From positions 38,378,001 through 38,442,000 of the forward strand of contig OZ260661.1 in the NCBI GenBank assembly GCA_965285935.1: a DNA stretch of 64,000 nt, read 5' to 3'. The position numbers and the translations under genes were made by a program. Source of the DNA: Ophelia neglecta (taxonomy: Eukaryota). Below, piece by piece: positions 38,701 to 50,200 of the stretch. The first letter of the stretch is position 1; the number at the start of each line of letters is the position of its first letter. The notes beneath the pieces are model-generated. The model was given only the letters and a program-made list of their open reading frames with translations. It had not been told where the DNA came from and did not search any database.

Positions 38701-39794
38701 AAAACAACATTGTACGATAATCAAAATACTCATCCCTAGACCACTGATAATATTCTTATTGACAAGGAGATGATGAGTAACCAGGATTTTTATCAAATGT
38801 TGAAATATAGACTTCACCGGTTGGCTGGAATACACCATTTTGTGTTTCAAACAAATCGTCCAGTAGTAATATGATGTAAATCACAGACCCACAGTGTTAT
38901 TGCCAGAATACTACTACAGCAGTGAAAACACTATGAAAGCAGTGCTAACACTGTGTTAATCTTTCAGTGTCTAACACCATTATACAGCATTACTGGCCTT
39001 ACAGACTGAACTGGAATGAGTAGCCCATTATAACGTGCAAAGCAATTTAGATCAGATAAGGATTTTGGGGTTTAATGACACATTAAAACTATGTTGGCCA
39101 TTTAGTGTCTTGATTCAGATGAATCATGGGGAATGCCATTTTTACTGCCTCCTCTGAACATTGCTAGCTGATAAGTGCTTGTTATATTAAACTTGTAACA
39201 TTTGTACTATAAATCCAATCTTGCACAGCTAGATCACTCATTTGGGAGGCTTTCCCAGCAGGAGACATTTCATCTGTTAATTTGTCAACAATACACACTT
39301 TGAGGTAGCTAACTCCTCATTCAATGGAATATTGCTAAATGAAATACTTCCTGGATATGCCTTTTTTTTCATCAGAAAATTGCAAAAAAGCACAATAAAT
39401 CACTTTTGTTAACACTTAACTCAACTGACATATAATTGCCTACAGCTGACAGGCTAAAATATAATGTCCTGAAAAAAAGTGCATATATAAGGCAAGTAAA
39501 ATGAAAGAAGCTAAGGGGCCCAAAAGAAAAGGACATAATTAATTTCCAATATAGTGTGACGAAAAGAGCTTTTGATATTTCACTTATGATCTTACCAAAG
39601 AAGCGAACAGGAGATTTCAATGAAACTTATTAACTTGTCTGTGGGCCAATAAACATGTATGTCTAATACTCAGAAAAAGTCTATTTTTAGTGACTGGCAG
39701 ACAGTGTATCAACAAATATGGCTTATATTCAGAAAAATCTATTTGTAGTTAATGTCAGCCGCAGTTCAAATACTAGAAACAGGTGAGTAAGGTA

Positions 39795-40014
39795 CCGTAT
39801 TTGTTCTAAAAGAAGACTCACTGTTTTCATATTTCAGGTCTAGAAAGTAAAGAACCTTTTTGGTAAACTTTCACTGGTTCTTGTATTGGAATAACAAAGT
39901 TCTTTTTAAGACTTTTTAAGTATAAAAACCAAATAGAATCTGCGGCCAAAACTTGTTCTTCAACTAAGGGTGCACCTTTTATTAGAGATGTGTCTTATAT
40001 TAGATCATTAAGGG
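39795..40014. mobile_element. Degenerate TA-flanked Tc1/pogo-type MITE
   Basis: TA|ccgtatttgttctaaaagaagac ... gtcttatattagatcattaaggg|TA, with imperfect inverted ends. Confidence 0.5.
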
Positions 40015-41825
40015 TAGACATTCACCTTTCTTCTCATATTTCTTACCAATGCTATCATTTACTTGACAGAGGTGTATCAATAGGCTTATTATTTGACCTT
40101 GTGTTTAACAAAGCACTAGCTTACACCAGAGACAATGAGTCAATGAGAAAATACAAGAATTGTGGTTAATGAAAGGATACATGAGCAATGGTATAGTTGA
40201 TTTTTCTCTGACCTGCAGTGCTATTCTGATCGTGCAATGCAGGATTTCCAATTTACATCTACTACCTAATGATGTGGGTTAGTCCCAATAGTTAGTAGTA
40301 CAATGTACAAATTATGTTCAGTTTGACAGTGAATAATATACCAAAAGTAGATATGTTGGAAGGGAAAATCACATATAGGCACATTCATCATGATAAATAT
40401 AGCAACTGGATGCTACAGACATCCTCAGAGTTAATACTTAATGCAAGTAAATTTAAATGAAAGAAAGCCTTTTGGTAGCCATAACCACCTTCAATGGTAT
40501 GTACACTCCTAGCAACCATATAAAAACACTTATACATGTAATGTCATTGATTGCTACCTCACAGAAAAATTGCAATCAAAGGATGTTAATAATTTATAGT
40601 ATCAAGGTATTGAGGGTACAGTTTTAGACTATCACAATGAAAGAACATCTAAAGTTGAAAAAAGTTTTTGAATCTGAAATATTGCAAATCAAACAAATAA
40701 TCCATTTGAGCTTACAAATGTACATCTAAATCTAAAGTAATGGTACACTTAACCCACTTGTCAAATGGTCAGATACGTACAAGTAGAAAAGGTATTCAAA
40801 TTACCAGTTCTGAAACAAAGTTATATGTTTACATAATAAATACAGTCAATTAACATTTAACTACATGTACATTAAATATCTCCTAGAGGATCATCCCTCC
40901 CAAGTCATAGCTAACCTTCTCAATGATTTGATAAATGAATAATAGTTGATAATATCACATTCTATCATCATTCTTTTATACTGAAAATGTGAAATTTCAT
41001 GCACACTTCATTATCAAGTGTCAGCAGGACAAAGGATCACCAAAGTTAGATACTTGTAAACTTTCATTCACCATTGATAGTTTTGGTATTTAAGACCATA
41101 TGATTTTATTGTTTTGGTTTCCAGAGGTGCCATTTTGTTTTTTGAAAAATAATATTAATATGCAAAATTTGTGAATTTTCCATTGTTGCTTGCATGCCAG
41201 CATTATTTAATTGATTCCTTTCAACATGTTCAACAATTACTGATAAAATGGTTGTTTTGAATTGACCATTGTTATAATCAGCCAAGCTTGTACAATGTAA
41301 CAGGAAACTTTTGAATGCTACATATGGTCAAGAATTTGTGCAAAAGTACCATATAATTGTCATACAATTTCGGCATCCTATGGTGGCTTTTAGTCACAGA
41401 GAATATTACAGTGAGCAAAATTAATTGTGATCTGTTTTGTGAAAATATCATGTTTGACAGCAGTTTCAGCTCTTATTTGACTGTCTCATTGTTGTGTTGC
41501 CTAAAACCTCTAGTAAACCAACCTTTTAAACTCACCTGGCCTAATTAATCCGCCACAAATTGTGGATACATTTAAGTGACCAAAAGAATCTTATATTATG
41601 AAAATGTAATGTTTAACAAAATATATTATAATCTCAACCCCGATAAATATATACAAAAAATGTACATCAAATTAATGCACCTATGGTTCAATTCCAAGAA
41701 CGCATGACAAAATCAAACAATGATTGCTATTTCTTGGCAATTTTATACGATTCAAAGGCCAACATGTAGTAAAGTGTTGCAGTTGTTTAATATCTCAACG
41801 ACAGGACACAAACTGAATATATATA

Positions 41826-42003
41826 CAGTGAAACCTTTGAATTAAAACCACCAAAGGGACTCGAAAATACTGGTCTGATTTGGGAGGCGGTCTGTTAGGA
41901 CATGTTATATAACATTGTAAGTATATACTCTGGTCCTCATATTAGTGGTCTGAATTGACAGGTGGTCTGACTATAGAGGGGGTCTTTAAGGCAGGTTTCA
42001 CTG
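41826..42003. mobile_element. Tc1/mariner-type MITE (CAGTGAAACC TIR family), followed by a (TA)n run
   Basis: TA|cagtgaaacct ... aggtttcactg|TA. The whole element is the reverse complement of the copy at 60324-60501. Confidence 0.9.
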
Positions 42004-42009
42004 TATATA

Positions 42010-42046
<37 letters not shown>

Positions 42047-42864
42047 ACCATTTTATGCCAATCGATTAGGGCACATGATTCAAGTGCTGCAGCCTACATA
42101 GTACATTCTGTCTGGATTAGAACAAGTAAATTAATGTGACCTTAAAGATGATATGGCTTTCATTCTGGTGGCATTTTTTTGTCAGTTTGGTTCATTTCTA
42201 GGTGTGGTTTGCATCCTTAAGGAGACATTTTTGCTGATCATAGGTTAGGCATATGAAGACTTAATATTCTTGTTTCTTGGTCATTAAATGGTAAAATATC
42301 AGAATCTGTGAAGAATCAACTTGAAATATGGCAGTCATTTAAGTCATGTACAGCTCAATGCCCTATGTGTACTAAGCTGACAAAATGCAAGAAGCGCACT
42401 GCACACAGCTTACCAGCTATGTAATATTAAAGAAGCACACAAACTATCAATGTGGCTGGGCACAGCTAAAAACTAACCCAGACATGGTAAACAGGCACAA
42501 ATTCAAAACCAGGAATTTTGGGGGGGATTTCAAATTCTAAATATCTTGGATGGAAAAAATGCCCTCCCCAAAGAACTGTAACATACAGATCCAGCAATCA
42601 TAAACTGATCTACATTGATAACATTTGTCTTCACACAGCAGTAATGTCATGCAAGCAAAGTAACAACCTGCTTTACAGCAAGCAGTTTTTCTTGCACAAT
42701 TTGAAATTGGATTGATATGCCTACACATGCTTTAACTTGTGCCTGATCATTAAGTAATTCTCTTCAAAATGCCCTTTTTATACAAAATTGGAAACATACA
42801 TGTTAACATTTTATTGCTATACTCAATTAGGTACTATGTTTTATTATTATACAAAGTAATAAAG

Positions 42865-43660
42865 CTTGGCTTGATGACCGGTCAGTAGGAACTTGGCTTG
42901 ATGACCGGTCAGTGGGAACTGGGCTTGAAGACCGGTCAGTAGGAACTGGGCTTGATGAGTGGCTGGTAGGAACTGGGCTTGATGACCGGTCAGTAGGAAC
43001 TGGGCTTGATGAGTGGCTGGTAGGAACTGGGCTTGATGACCGGTCAGTAGGAACTGGGCTTAATGACCAGTCAGTAGGAACTGGGCTTGATGACCGGTCA
43101 GTAGGAACTGGGCTTGATGAGTGGCTGGTAGGAACTGGGCTTGATGACCGGTCAGTAGGAACTGGGCTTAATGACCGGTCAGTAGGAACTGGGCTTGATG
43201 ACCGGTCAGTAGGAACTGGGCTTGATGAGTGGCTGGTAGGAACTGGGCTTAATGACCGGTCAGTAGGAACTGGGCTTAATGCCCGGTCAGTAGGAACTTG
43301 GCTTGATGACCGGTCAGTGGGAACTGGGCTTGATGACCAGTCAGTAGGAATTGGGCTTGATGACCAGTCAGTAGGAACTGGGATTGATGACCAGTCAGTA
43401 GGGACTGGGATTGATGACCAGTCAGTAGGGACTGGGCTTGATGAGTGGCTGGTAGGAACTGGGATTGATGACCAGTCAGTAGGAACTGGGATTGATGAGT
43501 GGCTGGTAGGAACTAGGATTGATGACCAGTCAGTAGGGACTGGGATTGATGACCAGTCAGTAGGGACTGGGCTTGATGAGTGGCTGGTAGGAACTGGGAT
43601 TGATGACCAGTCAGTAGGAACTGGGATTGATGAGTGGCTGGTAGGAACTAGGAGGCCAGA
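42865..43660. repeat. 27-bp minisatellite, ~29 copies
   Basis: Unit ggaactgggcttgatgaccggtcagta with an alternative tail gagtggctggta. Confidence 0.97.
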
Positions 43661-44164
43661 TCAGTGGATGGTAGGACCTTGGCAGCATGCATTGTGATAT
43701 CACTACATGATAATGTTGCAAAATTAAAGGATGCTGCTTATGTAGCCCTCAAATGCACTAAAATTGTTATTTGTTGATGTCCCCACAATGCTCACAGACC
43801 CATTCCTCTGACGGACCCTCTCACCAAGGTCTCTGATCTGTTTGTTTGACCCGCCACTGTTCCCAAGCCTTATTTGCACTGTGTATAGCTAACAGTGTTA
43901 TTGGCTCCGCCAGTGAGACCTATACTATATCTACCATACAAGAATATAGCTAACAGATATATAATAAAAAGAAATACATGTCATGTGTACACTGTTAGAC
44001 GTCTACATATAAGTATGTCCAGTGCTTCAACACACACAGAATGTATGTGCTGTGGTATGGTAAAACAAATAAAGAAAAAAAAAAAATTGAAAGAAAAATG
44101 CTTTATATTGATTTAAAGTAAATCCAGCAGTCAGGTTATCTGATAAGTGGGCCTTATTAACTTC

Positions 44165-44288
44165 TCAGGGTTCAAATATGTCCATTTTACTTCCCTTTCT
44201 CACTATTTTGACGGTTCCATGAAGCACATCTGGCATGCCATTTTTAAAACTCAAATCAACGTTGCGGCCGTTCATCATAGCTGTGAAC
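44165..44288 (-). CDS. MYO1B: Myosin I terminal coding exon (not in the ORF track)
   Basis: tttgcag|G TTC... encodes (Q)[40 protein letters not shown]. Phase matches the preceding exon. Confidence 0.85.
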
Positions 44289-47200
44289 CTGCAAACATCA
44301 ACCAAACACTTAGAATATTGGCACATGACATGGTTACATTATTTCAAGTTATGTCAACACATAAATTTTATATGTACACTATGTTTAACCATACAGGTAA
44401 ATCTAAAATATGGGTACATGCATGTGGCATGTCCAGTTAATGTACATGTGATCCACCACGCGGTGACCCGGGGTGCCGTGATTTGCGAGGCATGCCGTGA
44501 ATTAATCACGGCATGCCCCGGGGTGTGATGTGATAATCATGATATGCCCCGGGTGGCACCGAGGTTTGTTATACTAATTTCAAACAACTGCGGTCAAACT
44601 GAGGCGGCCTAAGCCAAACCTACTATTAAAACACACAGGTTCAGTGCCGACGAAGCTGATCGCTGCCTTAGTGGTCAGGTTATATGCCTAATCAATTTTT
44701 AACTACCTAACCTGATAATACTGATCAGTCTATGTCGTAGACTCATTTTCATGTCATTTTCCTCCGCAAGAGATCACACAAGGGGTATTCGAAAATAGCA
44801 TAGGGGCCTAGACGACGGTAACGTCAGCGCTTGCGTTATACCCACACACGTGTCCGCAGTGCACTATATCTGTTTGTTAGCCTGACACAGGCTTACCATT
44901 AAACTACCAAGACAATCTACAATACTGACGGCGTGTTTCTAGTCACTACTTGTATTGAAAAACCGGTAGGAAAAGGCAATTTTTTATCACTTATCATGCC
45001 CAAACACTAAATAAATCATTGTCATTTCACAGGTAACCCGGCATTTAAAATAAATACTTAATTCAGATTTCACGACATACCCCGTCTGAGACCTGGGTGG
45101 ATCATGTACAGATAATATAACATAAAACTGGAGACAATGCCAAAATGTAGAAGTTCTTGTTTCTTCATATCGGCTTAACTGTATGTGTACATATATGTGC
45201 AATATAGAAATTAATTACACATGTATGTTAAAAACAACCGGACCAAATGCATTATTGCTCAAAATATTTCTATAACTGCATGTAACCTTAAAATCATTCT
45301 CAAATAACCACAATATCAAAGGTAAATAACATGTTGTAAAATTACACTACATGTATATGTTTTTTACAAGTTTTATAAAGTATTTGTGACATTTTCAGCA
45401 ATGGCTGACATTTTCATCTACATGTACATGTTGTTCTGATGCAAGCAATAATTTGGGAGACAAATGGTTTATTAGGCTCTATTTAGAGACCATTTTCCCA
45501 TGTTTTATCTTGAGAGTAATAGAAAAGAATTAATAAACTGCATCATTTATATGGCAATGACACACTGGCCAAAAGATAAATGTATGGTATAAACTCTATT
45601 AGGTGGAGAAATTACTATTTTTGATTTAACCAAGGAGGTGCCAGCTTTATGTGGCTGCTCTCTATGTTAATGTTCATGTACATGTAGACCTTGACACAGC
45701 CTTATTTAGACCTGGCACTTACTGATTGCTAATCTTCACAGGTGGAGACTGTGTGGTAGCATTCTGAATCAGCAGATACAACTTGGCTACAATTTCTATC
45801 ACATGATCACTGGACAGCAGAAAGTCACCTTTCTTGGTCAATATGTCTCCATTTTCCTGTTGCTGCATAAAAATATCAAGATATTCAACAACCAAGTACG
45901 GAGAAGACAAAGGATTGGAAATGTGGGCATAATCTTCCTGCAACAAATATCCAACTGGCGTTTTTTACATGAAACAAAATATAAGTGGTAATATCAATTA
46001 GAAATGTACAAAGAAATAAGTGAAGCATATACAGTGGAATCCCTCAATTAAGGGCACCCGGCGGACTGAACATTTTTGGCCTTAATTTGGGGATGCCCTT
46101 AATTCCGGGATGGCCAATAAAATAGAGATGGGCGGGTTGGGGATGAATGGGGGGGGGGCATGGGACTGAAGTAAATTGACGCAACTCATTTTATTCTTTA
46201 GGCATCGAGAATGTCCGGTTTTCGTTTGAGGATGTTGGCAGCATGCTCTTTCCTAAGCCAAACTCTTGTTCTGCCAACTTTCTCTGACTGATTTTCGTCT
46301 TATCGGTTCTATTTATCAGCTCGACTTTCTTCACTAGCGGAAGTTCTGTGCGAGTAAACTTTGATGCCATCTGGCGGTCTCCGTGACTGAGTGAATGCTG
46401 AGTAATGCATTAACAGTAGCGAGTTGAATCTATCAGTGAATGGCGTGAACTACCCGTATACAGCAATATCTAAACGCCTGGTCTGTTTGTGCCTGAAATT
46501 AAAGCCACCCAGAATGAAACTCCATCTTATCTATGCCTGCTCAAAGAAAACAACAAAGCAATGAACCGAAGAGGTGTAACTCCTCCCATGTTCAACTCGG
46601 TTAATCTGATTGTATTTTGCGTAGGTTACCTCAGCAAAGGGACTCGGAATATCGCAATCGAGAACCAAACTTGGGGACGCTGGGTATTTGGTGATATAAA
46701 CAAACAGATCTCGGCCTTTAATCGCTAATATGCCGGCAAAATATCAAGCAAGGTGTGAAAATGAACAAAAGGATGTTATTGTATGTTGTGTACCAGCTAG
46801 TTAACGTTGTGTAATGCGTCCCGCCGCCAGGTCTGCCCGCGCGATAAACAAACAAACAGGCACATGGGCGTCCACACTCTGGGCAATGACCGTAATATGG
46901 AGTTAAAATTGGCCCATGGGACCAAAATCAGTGCCCGGAATTCGGAATTCGGGGATGCCCGCATTTCCGAGATGCCCGCCCCTATATTTCACATGTTAAA
47001 ATTGACGGGACTAAGATTTTTTGCCCGCAATTTGGAAATGCCCGTATTTCCGAGATGCCCGCAAGGAGGGATTCCACTGTACATGTATTTTTTTTTATCA
47101 TCATTATAGCTATCAGCTACAATATTAAGCCTTGTCCTTCTGATGTGTGAAATCTCCAGGAGCGAAAGTTGGTTGAGCTTCAAACAGTCCTATTTATATT

Positions 47201-50200
47201 ATAGTGCTCACTGTGGTATTGGTGACTAAGATAGTCAATTATGGCTCTGCATCATATGAACTGGCTGAGCCACCCACTCATCAAGGGACAGTGAGATGCT
47301 TATGAGGACGAAGGGGGGTGTAAAGAAAATGTACAGTTACCTCTGATATGTGTTTACTCCACAGTTTTCAATACAAAAAATATATAATACCGGTAATCTA
47401 ATTTTCATATATAGTTATAGGAGTAACAGTGTTATCTATTTTATGCCACCATTTCATTTTATAAACCTTGAATGATGAATAAGAATTAATTACCACTTGC
47501 CTACCGGCATACATAATATGGTCTGTGACTATATATAGCCTCACAGTGGCATGCATTTATGTAGAAATCACTCAGGGTAGGTATGGATCATCTGAAGGAA
47601 ACTTGGAAATTAATATCGTATAAAATTAAAGTCACTGGACACCTTTAGGCTTAAACTGTTTAATGGAGCACAGCTTCTATTTATTGCTCATGTACATGTA
47701 TATGCCACTTTATTTTTATGTTTACCAGCTTTAACAATTCAACAATAATTGAGGGAAAAAACTGTCCAGTATTATCCTCAAAGTGTGAAAGGCAGCTTCA
47801 GACAAATGTCTGAAACTTTGCTTTAAAAAAATTAGGCGATAAGCAATAAAACTCAACAATGGCCAAAGGCTGACCCTATTCAGAATCACTTGATAAAAAT
47901 AATTCATTTCTTTAATACCACCAACAAAAATATAAAAATTGTCTTGTCTTCATTGGTAGGACGGGCCTGTTAGTGTCATAAGCCAATATCTGTTGATTGG
48001 CTGAAGACAATGTGATGCTCAATAGAGACAGTTAGTGATGTCACCCAAGCTTCGTATACATAGACCTATGTTGCTTTGTGTGACTTGCAGTAACTCACCG
48101 GCTGTGACGAGCATCACGTTCGTGTTAACAAATCAGCAGGCATCAGGATCTGACGCTATCTTGCCAGGTCTACCAATGAAGGCCCGCCACGTCACTTACA
48201 ATGGATGTAAGGTTATGTGAAAACGGCAATTAAACTAGGATTCTTCTATAATTTTAGGCTGGTTGTAAGTTTGTGCTAAGTTGTAAACAGGTGTCACTGT
48301 AATAGGTTCATATTTGAACTAAAAAATTGATTTTTCCACCCATTATGCTCTGATTTGCCGTTTAAAACTATGAAATCAAGACGTGTTGTGGTGCTGCATG
48401 CACATTCATGAATGTACACGCCTTGCACTGGTACCAGCCCCACTCAGTATCTGATATCCCAAACTACTACACTTGTTAAACTCCATGTTGGCTTCATTTT
48501 TTTCAATGGATGAGAACTGGTTGGTTTTTGCTTTTAAAATAGAACTAGATAGTAGTCGATGTGGATCGAAGTCGACTTGAACAGTCAAGCGACGCCTAGC
48601 GGCGTCGCTTGGATGCCTCCGCCAAGATGTGTATTAGCGGATGAAAGATTAGGAGAAAATTGGTCAGAAGCAGATGTAGTGCTGAAAAGACTTTAGAGAC
48701 TTCGCGCGACATACAAACCTCACCTGATGAATCATGGTGGCCATCTTGTTTTTCCGATCGGTCTGAAGACAACATGAACAAAAATAAACCGAAGGTGAAA
48801 TCTCACCCTGTAAAGCTTCCACAAGACCCCCCATTAATGCACTTTTTAATAATGGCCCTGGCAGCCATTTTTTTTTCCGATCTTGCCCAAAACCTTTTCA
48901 GCACACTGCCAATGATGACTTCTGTGAAGTTTCATAATAATCCCTGCATCCGTTCGAGAGATTTCGCCCGACATACGAACCTTACCTGATGAGTCGTGGC
49001 GGCCATCTTGTTTTTTTGATCGGTCCGAAAACTATATGAAATGATCCTCTGCTTGCCATAACAAGCTTCCATGAAGACACAAGCGAATTCCTCAGAGCCC
49101 TAAATAGTTATAGCAATTCAATATGCCTATCTCTCACTGTTAAGATTTGACCTTGAAAAATAAAACCAAGGTGAAATTCAAGGTCACCACTGGATTCCTA
49201 GTATATGATTTCCTATTAGTGTTCAATACATAATATGTGCCTATCTCTACCCATTAAGCTTCCACAAGACCCCCCGTTAATGCATTTTTTAGTTATTGCC
49301 CTGGCGGCCATCTTGTTTTTCCGATCTTGCCCAAAACCTTTTCAGAACACCGCAATCTCCCAATGATGACTTCTGTGAAGTTTCATAATAATCCCTGCAT
49401 CCGTTCGAGAGATTTCACCCGACATACGAACCTTACCCGATGAGTCGTGGCGGCCATCTTGTTTTTCTGATCTGTCCGAAAACAATATGAAATGATCCTC
49501 TGCTAGACATAACAAACTTCTATGAAGCCACAAGTGTATTTCTCAAAGCCCTGAAGAGTTTTAGCGATTCAATATGCCTATCTCTCATTGTTAAGATTTG
49601 ACCTTGAAAAATAAAACCAAGGTGAAATTCAAGGTCACCACTGGATTCCTTGTATATGATTTCCTATTAGTGTTCAATACATAATATGTGCCTATCTCAC
49701 CCCGTTAAGCTTCCACAAGACCCCCCGTTAATGCATTTTTTAATTATTGCCCTGGCGGCCATCTTTTTTTTACGATCTTGCCCAAAACCTTTTCAGCACA
49801 CCGCAATCTCCCATTTATGACTTCTGTGAAGTTTCGAAATAATCCTTGCATCCGTTCGAGAGATTTCGCCCGACATACGAACCTTACCTGATGAGACGTG
49901 GCGGCCATCTTATTTTTCTGATCGGTCCGAAAACAATATGAAATGATCCCCTGCTAGCCATAACAAACTTCCATGAAGCCAGAAGTGTATTTCTCCAATC
50001 CCTGAGGAGTTATAGCGGTTCAAATAGCACAGGACGGTCGGACGGTCGGTCGGTCGGTCGGTCGGTCGGACGGACGGACGGACGGACGGACGGACGGACA
50101 ACCCGACTACATAATACCTCCGGACCCTTCGGGGCGGAGGCATAAAAATAGATATGAAAGAAAATTTAATATGTAGCCTTCCAATAGTCAGCCAGTGAAA

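Noticed and set aside
40350-40430. CYIYHDECAYM* as a relic third variable exon
   Set aside because: Immediate stop, wrong Cys spacing, and no signal peptide, coiled coil or GAWCP donor nearby.
42912-43697. 261-aa (GTGLDDRSV)n ORF
   Set aside because: GTG start, coincides exactly with the 27-bp minisatellite, and has no signal peptide or unique domain.
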